In this document: in pieces, positions 24,422 through 39,400 of the stretch
Layout of the letters: each line of letters begins with the position of its first letter
Numbering within the stretch: position 1 is the stretch's first letter
NCBI GenBank assembly: GCA_030141605.1
Contig: JAQGDQ010000021.1
Location: 124,001 to 188,000 of the forward strand
Reading direction: 5' to 3'
Source: Tubiluchus corallicola
Lineage: Eukaryota; Animalia; Priapulida
Length of the DNA: 64,000 nt
Notes under the pieces: model-generated
What the model was told of the DNA's origin: nothing
The model's database searches: none
Seen by the model: only the letters and a program-made list of their open reading frames with translations
Position numbers and translations under genes: made by a program

Positions 24422-27400
24422 TTAGGTTTTGATACTTCGCTCGCGTTTTTTTATTTTCTTTACGAAGGCGCTCGCTTCTCGGTCCCATTCTCGTGCTTGT
24501 AACACACAAAAAGCTTCGATATCTGAAAAAGGTACATATATATAAAAAACTTACACAAACTAAATGCGTCACATTTCAATGGGCAGTCCGAGAAGTATAA
24601 CACAACCCATACGAACAACAGTTAGAACCAAATAAGTTTTACAAGCAATTGATATAAAATGTTCTTTTCTTGAATGTTACGCTGTCTGTGTTTTGTAGGT
24701 CACAATCCAGTGTGCCAAAGATGGTTGTATTTTGGTCAGTTTGTGGCAGGTTGGTCAGAAACCAAAATCCAGCATCTCAAAGACATTTAATTTGTTTTTA
24801 AAGACAGAAATAATAAGTGACACAGTGAATGTGGAAACCACAGAACCACACTGCACATAACAGCTCATTTACCGGCAGGGTTTCTGTGATACAAAGGCAA
24901 GTTAATCAATCCTTCAATTTCCCCACTGTCTTGTTGCTGCAGTTGACCACCGTTGCCATCTCCATTGCCATTTCTTTTCACACCGGCAGCTTCAGAGATG
25001 CGATAAAATGCCTCGCCTGCAAAGTCGTTACAGCACAGATAGTCATGGTCCATAACAGTGAATCGAACAACGGAGCAAGGTGCCCGACATGACTCTAGAG
25101 TGGCATTACTGCAATTATTGCAAATGTACATTAAATACTGAAAAACGTATTCCGAAATTAAGTCATGTATGTGATCAACATTAGGTCATAAGGCCCTCTT
25201 CGGTTCTCTGAAAACCATTCTGTCATGCTTCTGGTTAGAGGTGAAATCTTACAGCCAGTCTTAGTCTGTTTTTTTATACCAGTCTTGGTCTTGTGGAATC
25301 CAGTTGAATTTCATTGTTTTGTCTAAATCATGGAAACTTCATTATTTTGGGCAAAATATATTGCATATCACTCTTCTGTTTCCAATCTTGTTTACTTTCA
25401 CTTTCGCTTTAGTCCTGCACTCCTAGTCTTAACATTTGTGAAATTGATTGTAAATCTGATAACCTTGCTGTTGCCTAAGTTTTGAAGACATTATTTTCGT
25501 ATTGTCTTCATCTTTAATGTTCTGGGTTTAGTCTTCATCTTGATCTTGATTACAATAGCTCTGGTATACCTAACCCATTGTTGAAAAAAATGTAACGTAA
25601 ACTTGGAGGTAAATTCACATGGTATGTATCAGACAGCAAAAGCTGCACTGCACACGTCCATCTGATCAGCTCTGATTTGGAATCAACTTTGCAGTCCCCT
25701 GCTCGCTGAATGTCAGCCTAATACATTAGGTCTTTTTTTATCTCTACTTTTAAGAAATGTACTCCCAGAACTTCTCATTACTGGTTTCATGTGTCCGCAG
25801 TACTAATTTTTCTGCTGCTTCTGATAGGTTTATACAGGACATTTCTTAGATGCGGAACAGCTGCTTATAAATCAAATTTTCCCTCGGGCCTCTTATTTGT
25901 GGAATTGTCTACCAGGAAATTATTTCCCAGGATCTAAGATCTCACTCAATTTAATCTGAATTTTATTCTTTGCAAGTGTATCCATATGTTCACCTTAAAA
26001 AATGAGCAGCCATTCGCCTCGTTTAAAGCAATTCACATAAAAAAAGGAATGTGTTACAGTGTAAAATGCAATGTTAGGCAATGAGAAATAAAATAAAAAA
26101 CACTAAACTGAAAATTATTAAGTTCCAGAAACTACAAAAACTGATGTAAACAGTTGTACAAATTTCATTTTGAGACACAATACAACTTGCAATTTAAAAG
26201 TCTTTTCATAAACCGGATGTAAATCGTCTTCTATCACCTGCGTCTTTTGCGTGGATCCTTGCTTGAAAAGATATGATGGTAGCAACTCTACTGTTACAAA
26301 TGGATCACATTTTCCTGCAATAAAACAATTTTGTAAATTGTGCACAAGTGCAAATAACTAATTTTGTAAGTTTGTAACTTTTGTAGTTTTGATACCAAAC
26401 TAAAATGGGAAAGATTTTGAACAGACAGCTGCCTATATTTTACAAGCCTGCACATCTCACCATTAGTGTCGAGTGGAGCTAAATTTACAGCCTTGACAAC
26501 TTCTACATATAGCTGTTGACATTCCAAATTGTAGTAAATCTTCGCGTATAAGTTGCCAAATTTGGTTCCTGCCTCGGTAATGCTTAGTTTTTCACTCCTC
26601 TGCATGTAGAAATGGTCAATCAACTGTTTCGTTTCTGACTGCCAAAGACCAAGAATACGATAAAGCTCCTGGAAGTTTAAAAATCATTGATAACAAAACC
26701 CAATGATAATAAAAGAGAGGTACATTTTTTCAATAACAATTTCCGAAAAGAATGGCTTCCTAAAGAAATATCAGGAACGCAAGTACTTGATAATGTTAAT
26801 ATCGATAAATAACATAACAGTTAATTTAGAGAAACAATTAGGTTTAATTTTAAATAGATTGATATTCAGATTTTCTTAATTGATGCAATTTTTATTAATA
26901 CTAGACTTTTTTCAGCTTTTTGTTTCACTGAAAAGAAAGTGTTTTCTGAATTATAGCCATAGCATTTCTTATAGATGATAACTGTTAGTTTTGCTAAGTT
27001 TATTTTCACAAAATCTTCAAAGTCAGCAAAGCAAAAGCACTTAAAAACAAAACTCTCCAAAAGGCACTTAAAAACAAAACTCTCCAGCAGCCCTGGGGAC
27101 AGATTCACAAAGCTGCTTACGAACTGTTTTAATTATTCGTAGGAACGTTTTTGGGCTTACGATGCAATTCACACAAGTTTCGTAACGTTACGAAAACAAA
27201 AAAATCCTACAAAGTTATGAAAATTCTTACGAACGTGACTCTGAATCTAGCCCTTTATTCTTTTCCAAGTTCAAACTTTACATTTCACATGCGACCCTTG
27301 CTCAAAACTAGAAGCACTAATTGTGCAGAAATTAAGTAGCAAATATTTTCAAAATTAAAATATTTATCAAGCAGTTTGCATCAGAATGAAGTGGTCAACC

Positions 27401-30400
27401 CATATCCAACACCAATTTGCACTGTTAACATTATTACATGACTCATTTTGTTGATACTTAAAAGAATTCTTGTTAATGCTGCATTGGCAAGTTAATGCTA
27501 TTCTACCCTTATTAACAATAATATAATAAAATTTCAACTGTACCTTATATTTGTCACACTGAACTTTCTCTAGACACAAGCCCTCCCCTTCCTGATAGAA
27601 AAACTCTTGCAAGATTTCTAAACCATTGTAAGCTCTTTGGAAGAAATTCAGTTTTTTCTGCAAGAAAATGTGCAAAAATACTGTCAGCAGTTGCAACATC
27701 TGGATGAAACAGTTTCAAACACTTAGGTTATGCATTGTGTTGTATACAAACACGTAGCATGTATGAAAAAGCAAATGTTTCTAGTGCAAACCACTAGATT
27801 GTTCGAATCGAATCATTAGTAAATATTAGTAAACGTATTCAAAGTTACTATCGAAAATACATGCATAATATCTGGTGGACAGCAGTTAGAAATCTACAGA
27901 AAATTCTTGTTATAGAATAAAGCGAAATTAAATGCATGTTACATTTTACAGACTAATGACACGATACTCAAAACTTCAATCATATCATTTGAGTAAATTT
28001 TCTGAATAAAACAATATAGGCAATTCAAGATTGACAGTAACTTTCTAAATGAGAAAATAGTACGATATAAAAATACGAAACAAATATCTATAAAACCAAT
28101 AACAAATGATTTTAAAATTCAAACTCCATTTTGGACTTTTTGCAAGAAAGATAGAAATTGAAGATAGTATATGTAACAGATCCTACTAAATTCCTCATCT
28201 TCAGCAGAAAAACACAGAAAACAAAAATAAACCCCCGAGGCAGTTCCCCGGTAAAAAGCTAAAAAATACCAGGAGGTTCTGTATATAACACCGCTGAGCT
28301 GTAAAAAGCCTTCCAAAGAATGCAGGAATATCTGAAATCAGTCAAGCTCTGTAAATACCGTCCACTGAAGCACCTTAAATACTCGATTATAAAGAGCATA
28401 ACTTTTATTTCGGTTGAATAATTAATACATACGAAGGAATTCGACTTCACGATGTTGTGCATTTCATCCAATACCAAGTTCCAAAATTTGTCCGTAATGC
28501 GCTGAAAATTTCCAGGTAATAGGTTCGTGTTGAGTAAAAGCATGTTGCTGTCAAGATACTGTAAAACTTCTTCCAAAGCCTAACAAGCAAGCAAACAGAA
28601 AAAATAATCAATGATTTAGAAATGTAACTAATTCTGATACATCAGTGATTAAACTAACTTGCACTAAGTCAAATCCATTAATGAATCATAATGAATCAAT
28701 CATGTCCTTTGTACACAATAAGTAGTGAGTACTAAAGAACGGCTGAACAGTAATTAGCTAGGGACATCTAGACGAGTTAAGTTTGGGTATCCCATGTTTC
28801 AGTTTGCATTTTTGACTTATCATTATGAGCAGTCAATGCCTTTGACTAGTTTTCAATTTTATAGGTGGTGATTCTGGTGAAACTTCATGTTATCTGTTAA
28901 GTGTGGCACTGATCAAGTGTTATTGTGAAAAAAAAACTGCTACGAATTAATAGCTGTCTGTTAAATATGCTCACATGTAGAGGTGACCACTTGGGAGGTG
29001 CATCAGCCAGTTTTTGAAATTTTGCTTTGACGTCAGGAGCCATCTAAAATAAATCACAAGTAAATTCAAAGTAAATCACATCTGTACCAGAATTACGGCA
29101 AAAACACAAGCTTGACAAACAAACTAAAACTTGCAACAGCCAGTGAACAACTATTTTCTACCATCACATAATTTACAGATCAAAAATTGTCTAGTAAAAT
29201 ATAGCAGTGTCATATATTACCACACATAAAGAGCCGCTAGTTAAATTTGCTGGTCCATAAACAATCAATACTGTATGCTTTGTACCTTTTTCGACACCAT
29301 GTTAAACAACCTATCTATTTTCACTTCCAGACTGTCATTGCAACTATTGATCATCGCATGAAAGTTTGCTTTTTTGTGTTGGCCAGCCTCTAAGCCATCT
29401 TGGCTTTCTATGCGCTCAATAAGATCATTAAGTTTAAAGGCTTTAGGAAGTGATTCCAAAGACTTTCTGATCTCTTCCATATCATTAATTGTCAGACACA
29501 GCTGAAACAGAAGCAGGTGTCCAATGCATTACTAGCAAAAGAATTTGTGAATTTTTACATTGACGTATAACAAAACTTTCTAGAAAAGTAATTTACAAAT
29601 GTAACTAATTTTTTATGTAATGGCAGAGTAACAAGCATTTCTCAAATGACGTTAGGATTTTATAAGTAATAGCTTGACAAATATAAAAATACAAAGCTGA
29701 CCTGTATTCCCTCTTGTTGACTGTGATTGAACATTCAGCTATCACTCTTGTTAAATATACAAGCTGAATAAAAACTTGAGTACAACTACGAAGTTGACAT
29801 CTAAATGAAAAATAAACTAAATGGGTTGACTAACCTCAAGTGCTATATCAAATACTCCCTCCTCATCATAGAAACCACTTGCAACTATTTTCCGTTGAAT
29901 TTCTTCAGCATAAAAGACAGCACCATTGCAAACAATGTCCAATGTCTTCTCTGCATAATCATAGGAAGCAACGGGATCAGGCCATTCCAAGAACAGCCAG
30001 ATTTCAATGATCTGCAAACACAAAAAATATCAACTAGTAAACGTACAAAACTAGCTAATGAGGCAAAGCACACACAGGTAGTGCTAGACTAGAGGATCTA
30101 ATCTTTAGATTTCGAAGTTTTGTGTTCACTGCCTGACAGGTTTACTGACTCAAAATATCACCGAATAGTGTACACCAAAGTACTGGTCAATTTGAAGATT
30201 AGTAAGTTAGTCAGGACAAGAACAACTGATATAAGAACTGACCTGATAGAATGCACATGTAACATCCACAGCTGATGTACTGTACTTCACACGCGGATTG
30301 ACTGGTTCTATCTAAAATATAATATAGATGAAACATAAACTTTTATACTGCGAAAGTAAAACCGTTGAACCACATTTAACTCCAGTCATATGATTAGAGA

Positions 30401-33400
30401 TAAACAGACTGAAACTGTAAGTGATTTCTTTTATTTAATTTTCATAAATTAATCTTTTACTGAAATGAATTGAATTGAATTGTGACTATTTACCACACTG
30501 AATGAGGATGCAGCAGCATGCAAAATTTAATGTCTCACCTTAAGTTTGTGATAATGACAATTAGCTAGATAATTACCCTGATAATTAGTTAGATTCCGAT
30601 CCTGCCATAACAGCTTGAAAAAAAGTTTATGAATTTGACAGCTTGCAGAGTGACAAATCATACGAAAGAAAATACTAAAAATGATCACTTGTAAGCTATT
30701 TTTCAAAGGTAGGCTCTGCCTTTTTGTGTTCCGTAAGAGGAATTATTTGTAAACTCCACATCACGTACATTGCTGCTTCTTGAAAATTTTATTGGACTAA
30801 CAAGAATTAAACGTTCCAGAAGCTTGCACAGAAGACACTTCACTTGTGTCCTTTCCAGCACATAGCTTCATTGGAACTTTCTCATGTGCCTATCTATTGA
30901 AATACTAGCCAGAATTGAATTTACTTAATTCTGGTTCGTCAATGTTCAGCTACCATTCATTGTCGTCAAACTCTAGTTTTGACCTTAAAGGTATATAATT
31001 CACAGTCAAGACACTCCAGAATGAAATACGTACTAACAAACAATCTCAAATCACCTTGTCTTGTTTGATCGACTGTGTGATCCGCCAAATGCATTTAGTA
31101 TTAGCGTCTCTAAACCATACGTCTAAAACAGGTACAAACCAATACTTGAAACCTTTGATTGGATAATCCTCCTCACTTTGAAAAAATAAAAAAATCATTT
31201 AACAATGAAATTTACTAGTCAGTGTAAAAATATCCATCTAACTCATAATAAAACTTTCCTATACCCACTACCTAGTTGTACCACTAATCATCAAACAATC
31301 ACATTTTGAAGTCGATTGTTAGCACCTAAACTGAGCATGTTCATAAGACAGTTCTGCTGAAACATGCTTAATTAATTTAAAATATATTAGAAAATTCACT
31401 GAGTGAACTTCACTTAACAGGATATTACACACTCAACATAAAAGTTTGGTCTAAAAGAACTTGCAGAATCGAAACGCATTCACATGAGTAAATGGTACAT
31501 ATTAGAATAACCGTACATCAAGTCTAACAATCTCTTACTTAGTGATAATTTATTTCAATAATAACAACCTTTTACTATCCATTTTCTTTCTTAATAACAA
31601 AACTATTTGTTTCCTGGCAGGCTGTGGCAACTACAAAGTCAGGTCTCATTTCACATCATTTAAATAACTTTAACGCTCAAGTTTCATTTGCATTTATTTT
31701 ACCTGAGTGGCAGCCTGTTACCAATGTCGGCAAATTCTGCAAGAGTGATAAACAGACCGTGCAGTTCACTGCTGACCTCATCACCATTACTGTTCTTTAG
31801 ACCTTCACATAGCATGGTCAGTGGGGTAGAGTAATCCTTTTCCAGCTGCCAAAAAATCAGCGTTACACAGGCTGACTCTACTACTAAATAGCCCCCTATT
31901 TCTGTTCCTATTAATTTTTCTCCATAGGCAACAAGAACGTTATTCTAACACAAAGTTATCTTTGAAAGAGAGGTGTAAAACAAAAATGTTCACATTGTTT
32001 TACTTTTGCAGAAACAGTTATAGCAACAAAGTATCACGGTTACAGCAAGTTTATACAGCAGTATTAGATAAATTCATTTGTTTGCTATACTCACCAACTT
32101 GTTCACTTCTGTATAAGATGTAGTGACAAAGTCAACAGCTGCAACACTAAAATGAAAAAGAAAGAAATAAAATTATATTAGTCACAATTTGTATAAATTT
32201 TTATTGCACATTATTCTAATCACAAAGAACTCATTATTAATCATAAATGCACGTTTTCTCTAGATTAATCATCTGAAAGATGAATAGAATTTGGAACCTG
32301 TAGCACTAATAAAGGTTTAGTAAACCTCTAAAGCACGCATGTAAGACTTAAGCAAACATATACGCAATTGCGGCTTGACTTTTATGCTGACGAAAATAGA
32401 ATAAAAAAAAATTTATTTTACAAATAATTACAAAACTGCAAAGTATCACGATTCAATTCATGTGGCTTGATAAACTATGGTCAAGTCTGCTGATAAAACA
32501 AATCGATTGTGTTTACAGTCATAATGTAAGAGCATTATTAGAGCATCTGTTGTCTGTCTGTCTAATAACAGCAGATCTTCAACCATCTTATCATGCACTG
32601 AGTCCACTGAATTAACATTCAAATTTCAATTTAAAAATTAGTTCTCTTATGCACCTTAGATTTTTCTTACAAATGCCAAGCACGCAGAAATTCTTTAAAG
32701 CCGAGAAGTAATACAGCATGTATGCGTATTATCAAACAAAAAAACTTTGCTATTGCCATCAAAGATTCCATATTTTAGACATTTTGCACTGTACCCCATT
32801 AAGCTATTACGCTTTTGAAATGTCTATTACATTATGACACACATTAATAACTATTTCACTAATATTATCTTCTCACTTTCTGAAAAACTTTGCTGTTCTC
32901 ATTCCTGTGTGTTAACACAAAGGCCCTACTATGAATGGCAACAACCTTGCATGGGTCATTGACGAAAGCTTAAAAAACCTTTTGAAAGACCAATATTCAT
33001 ACTACACTTAGATGTCTAAAGTACCAGTTTAGTACTCCTGCTTAGCACCTGTATAACAACTTCTGTTTTAATGTAACAGTATTATCTGAGGGACCCCTGG
33101 CTCACGAGCCAGGGTGCTCCGAATATTCAAATAAGGAGCTGTGGACCAAATCCTTCAGGATAGACCTAGCAAGTCACTGAAGTACTTTTTGCTCAAGTAA
33201 CTCATGGCGAACACAACTGACAGAGACACCTGGAGAGACGTTATCAAGTGTTCGCCGGCTGACAGATGAAAATCTACCAGGAGGATGGTGAGAAAGGTGA
33301 GAAAGAAAGTATTATCTGATGTGCAATATTTAAATTATCCAACAGCTTATATTTACTAATAAACCACTGTGTCACTCGAACAAACCCCTTAATTAGCTCA

Positions 33401-36400
33401 AAACAAATATGTTTCTACTGAAGTATATAAATTAGTTTGTTTTTACACTTAGAAAACTGCTCATTATTTTAGAACTATGAATTTAACAACAACATAAAAA
33501 AAGCAGTGCCTGTCTGAGCTATGCTGACATGTTACCAATGCTTGGCAAAATATCTATGCAATACTCACCCTTTAAAAACAGTTTGATAATTTTCCTTTGA
33601 AAGTTTAAAATCTAAGAGCAACAGATGAACAAACTCATGCATTTCCCTAACTAGCTGTGCATCAGTAAGTTTCTGAAAATCAATAAAATATTAAATGTTT
33701 ATGCAATAACAGAGTGAAGCACAGCATACTTGCAGCAAGAACACTGCCAACATCCATACGATTTGAAAATTTGTGTCTATTTGTCTTCTCATGGGCTCAT
33801 TTCAGCTCTATATATAACTCAATTAATAAAAGAAAACATTGCTCACATAATATAAAATGAAGCATAGAACAACAGCGACCATGCAATGATTGTCTACACA
33901 TAAATTTACGAGGAATGAAAGTAATTTACAAAAGACACGTGCTGAATCTCATTCTGGTATGTCTGACACTCAACAAATGCTTTATTTTCTTTGAAATTAA
34001 AATGTACCTTTTCAATGTTGAATTTGGCATTGTATTCACACCTGTACCAAACTCTTGTTCCTATCTATAACAAAAAATTAAAGTATTAAAACTAACATTT
34101 CAGAAGCACAGCAGAGCGAGTGTGCATGATCTTGGTTCAAATGCTGTTTTTGTTTCAAATGCTTCACTTCGAACTGGTACAAAGCTTAAGCAACTGTCAC
34201 TCTACTGTGTGTTTGAATGAGTGACTGGTAAATTAATCTTTGTATCTTCTATAATTACTTAAAAATCTAAACATCCCTGTTAAATCTTTATAAGGTAGTT
34301 AAGTTCTGGCATGGAATTTAAGAAATAATTTTTTTCCTCAAGAATTGCATGGCTGTTTTGCACAGATTATGAAAGACTAGCAGAGCAGTTTAACTGAATT
34401 TATAAAGCAACTCACAGAAACGGCTTCTGTCAACAAATCAGCCAAATCCTCTACAAAGTATTGGTAGTATTTTTTGAGAACTTCTAATTCATGTATTAAT
34501 GTCATGCAACTGAAAGAAAAAAATAATTAGCCAACGAAACCAATCCGAATGTCACAATTAATTAACAATAAGTGGCAGATAAAAATAAGTGAGTAATTAA
34601 TAAATAGCATTAATGCTGGGAGATGTATAACCATCACAGATTGGCGAAGCAAAATTTGAGGTTTTGCAGCACATGAACTGTACCTTTAACTCTCATTGAT
34701 GATTAGCTTATCAAAATGACACCCAGAAAACCTCTTATGTAATGACAACCAGAAATGTAATAGAGTACCAACTCTTCTTTTTGGCAAGACAGTGATTTTA
34801 TAATTACTTTTCTACGCAGCCTAGGATGTTTTACGATGTATCACATAAAACAAGTATACTGAGTCTAATTCAGACTTAAATCAGGTAAAACTTGCTATTG
34901 CTTTGACCACACAGCACAGAGTCTATCACATTTAGAGTTTTAGACATTATAATAACTTTACCCGAGCAAGAGACTCAGCAAAGTAAGATAGTAATATGAG
35001 CCTAGTACAAAACTGTATGCATCAAATATTTAATTATTTATAATCTTAATTGCAAAATTATAGGTAAATGATAGAATGAATCCAATTTCCAAATTCTAAA
35101 TTAAAAACAAAAAACATACTTGAATAGCAAATACTAAAGTGCGAATAACTAATACCACATGGAAATTTTGAGCGGTTGATGAGCTAATAGGATATACAGT
35201 AGGCGCCGCTTAATAGATTCATTTTGGGACCAAATAGCTTCATCTGTAGCTTTGCGTAAGCTCCCGCTTACTCTAATTGTGACATAGTTACTACACTGTA
35301 CCTGCATCCCTGGCATAACATCAACAACTAATTCATTAAACTTTCTTGCAAAGGCAGCCATAACTTCTAAAACAAACCGCTAGGAAAGTGATTAAATGTT
35401 TAGCTTCCAGGAATTCTTGGGTAACGAGGCTAATTGCAGAGGACGGGCGGGTCAAAACAAACCATTAGGCTAGCATAATTAGCATATATAAAAGTCAAAA
35501 ATGCTTATTAGTCACAAGAAAGTGTCTTATTGAAGTATGTGAAGCAAAAATATTGAGTCAATTATGTGGAGTTATTTGAGTCAATTACCGACAATGTTTA
35601 TGTGCATTTGAATGGAAGCGGCCCATACCAGGCATTTTTGAGTAAATTAAGCGATTGAGTCTATTAACTTGGAGTCTGCTAAGCGGTGCCTACTGTAATT
35701 AAAACCTAAACCTGCCAAAAGGCTTTGCTGTAAAATAGTTATGGTGTTGGTCGTAGTGTCAAGGTCCTCTAAGTTCAAAAAACGGCTCAGTTGTAAGTTT
35801 TTCACATAGCCATCCTTTTAACCAGGTTTCGCATTTTAAATAATAATTGTGGGTCTTACCGTCATATCACAGTTTGTTATTTATATTTTTTTATAATAAA
35901 AATGTTATTCAATGTAATTAATTAGCGAAAAGAAATATAATAAAAATGTTATTCAATTAAATTAGTGGAAGGAAACGTGAGTTTTAACAACAATTTTGTA
36001 TCATCTTTAAATAATGTAAATGTACTTACAGAACCACACCAAGTAACTGGGCAACTTTAGCTTTTTCAGTGTATGGATAAATGGTTCTTATGCGATGTAG
36101 GAGGCCAGGCAACATGTCCAAGTAATATCTGAATGAGTCAGACAAGAATTTACGCTGAAACATTATTCAATATAATTAGCAAGATTTATTGATAAGATGG
36201 TGAAGTAATCAGTTTTTATTATCTGAATTATCGCATCCTAATTTGTAGAAGTTTTTGCACACTTTTTAACTTGAAACTCGACAAGAACAATGTATAGAGT
36301 GCATCATTTCCAAAAAACAAAAACAAAAAAACACAGTAGATGGAATAGTTGAAGTGCAGCAAAGGAAAACAAGAAATTTTTCATAACCCATCCTATTTTA

Positions 36401-39400
36401 ACCCATGCTCTAAAACATGCATTTTATCACCTTTCCTAACACAGATCTGATAAATAAGATCAGGCATACGGCGTTCCTGCTGTTATAGGCAATTGGGCTT
36501 TTTCAAAAATGTACGAGAAGTTTGTATTCCCATTAGATGACACAGATACAGTTTGAATAAGTGCTATTTACTTATGTTGTCTTCATGGATCATTGTTCAC
36601 AGCAAAGCAAGAAACCAAGTTGGCAACGACTACTCCGATCCACAGGGAAGAAAGCAGTATTACTGCAGCAGACTTTTGCCCTTCAAACAATGCACATGCA
36701 TAATGTTTCAGTGAATTACAGTAGACCCAATATATTATAGATGTATTGCGTCCAAACAGTTATAACTTAGGTGTTTAAGAAAAAGTTACCTAATGTCGGG
36801 TGTGCCAAAACTTTGCAATGCTTACCACTGCAGCAAGTTCAAAATGGTAGAAAGTGTATGTAAGTTTTTGCGTCAAGCCTAACAATTGCAGTGTTTGAAA
36901 TTTCACTGTTTTAAGCTAACTTATTTTTATTTTAAAAGCCCACTGATTTAATTTTTCAAGTTTAGTTCTTCATTATTACTTGATGATATTTAAACGACCT
37001 TGGTCAGCATTATTTATACAAGTTACCATACCATCAAAAGTGTAATAACAAACTGATTAATAATAAACTTACAGCTGTAAGGTTAAGATCAGGTGTAATC
37101 TTACATTCAACATCTGCCAGTGGTGGAGCAGCAGGAGGCACCAATGGTCTCTTTCTCTTTCTCTTTCTCTTCCTTTCTCCTTCAGCTTGGAAGCAAGGAA
37201 ACCAACCTCTTTGCCGAGGCTCTTCAGCCTGTGCAATTGAGGACTCTCTGGAAAGTTTTCTTGAAGAAGCAGTTGCTTTAAAATACAGGTCTAAATCCAT
37301 CTCAGATGGAGAAGATTCACGAGAAGGCGACCCAGACCGGGATGATGATACTCCTTGAAAAGAAACAGTTTTGCTTGCTTTTGCGCCAGCGCTTTCAGCA
37401 AGATTGTTGTTGAAAGTTATGTTCACAGCCTCCTGTTCGTGGTCAGCTAGAGATGATTGCTTCCATGCTGCTCGTAATTCCCTGAGTATGTAGAAGGGGA
37501 AGGATACGCTTTCTGTGTGGTATCTGTGAAGTGCAAGCCAGCGACTAGAAATATGAAAAGGTGTCACTGAAGTGAATAATTTCCAAATGTGTAAAAAAAA
37601 ATCATAATAGTCTACAAACAAAATAGGTTGGAAAACATACCCAAACTGCACTTCTCACAAAAGTATAATTTCTAATTGTTTCATGCGAAATAACTACATC
37701 ACATCCTCATTTGTAGAACACTCGGTCTCTTACTATTCAGATTTTCTGAGTTGATAGTTATGCCTTAATAATTTAAGAATGCAATGCTGAAGATTTAAGA
37801 GCAAAGTTACCAGTATGACGTGAAATGGCAGTTATTATAATATGTAAAATTACAGAATGACTTGGCAGAGACAATATTTTTAAATGTGAACGCCTTTGCT
37901 ACATAACACTTACCGAATATCCGTGAAAATTTCACAACTCAGATTCGAAATGAATTAAAACCGTGTACAAATTAAGGAAATTCAGATCAGATCGACAGTG
38001 GAAGTAATTTGTTATTTCTTGTCAAATTAGATCAAACAAGTAAGAAATCTCTTTACATACAACATAGCTCGCTGAAACTCAGAAATATTGCAGTGTATAG
38101 CGTGCTGATGTAAAATCGTCTCTACAGCCAAAGAATGTTTTCCACTCCAACTTCGAATTCCCTGTATGCAAAAAAACTAATCGAAATTTGTACTATTGTG
38201 AGCACATGACTGCAGTGAACACTATCCACACTAAACACTGTTATCTTTAAAAAACGTCAGTAGTTGCAAATTATTGAACAAAGTTATCATTTTACTACCC
38301 ATGATCTCACAATAATCAATTTTTAAAAAATTACAGGTCAAGTTTTGACTAAATTATAGAAATATTGACAAGCCTCAAAATATTAAAGAAAATATTCCAA
38401 GTAACAAATAATTATTGCTGTGCCACTAGCTGCAAATATTTTTGGCCAAGACGTAAGAATTTTTGACAACACAAAGAAATCACTGCATAAGCAAGGCAAG
38501 TGGCTATCAGTTGTTACCGTACACTGTCATATTTTGAAGCTGAACCTGACTTTGCATGTGGTGCTCCAACACCCAATATGTTAGTTGGCTGTTTCGCTAT
38601 ATTGCAATATCATAACACTGATAGCATACACTCCAAAACTGTCTATAAATGTCCTTACAACTTATAAGTAATGAACGTGTCAAGTGCCAGTTGAAACAAC
38701 CATGTTGAGGGTCCAAGTAAGCCCTGAAACCTGATACTGCATGGTAACTACCAATGACCACTTGCTTTAAGGCAGTGATTCACTCGAGATAGTTTTTCGT
38801 CTGCATGCATCTTCACTACCTTGACAACAAACTCAAAATGAGTAAAGTATTTCTATTATTTACAGTAAAATTAAAAATAAGAGACTAGTAAGTTTAAATT
38901 CATATCACATGGATAACATACATCAGCTAATTCTATTTCATAGTCGGTCAGGATACACATTAGAGCCAGATGGTCAGTGGCCACTCCCCAGTTATCTGTC
39001 CCTTTGTAATGTCGTTTGGCTCCCAACTGAAAATGTTAAAAAACTAGCATTAACAACCCATTGTTCTTTAACTGAAAGATGTTGATCTCAACTGCTCATT
39101 GTTCCTTAACACATAAGCAATTGAATCTTATCCAGAAGTGAGATGCAGCAATTAGTAGCATACTGTTTCCTAGCACACCAGCAATTCACTTTTCTTTTTT
39201 TACTAAATATGCTAACATCAGCAGACATATTGTTCACTACATAAATAGTCCTATGTTCCTATGTCAGATTCATGCTCCATGTTCCATGCTCCTATGTCAG
39301 ACTCATCAATCATGCATGTTTTTCTAGTTATGGAAATATCATATATCAGCAACCTATTGTATTCCCGTGTTGTAGTGGCTATATCAGAAATCCATTGTTA

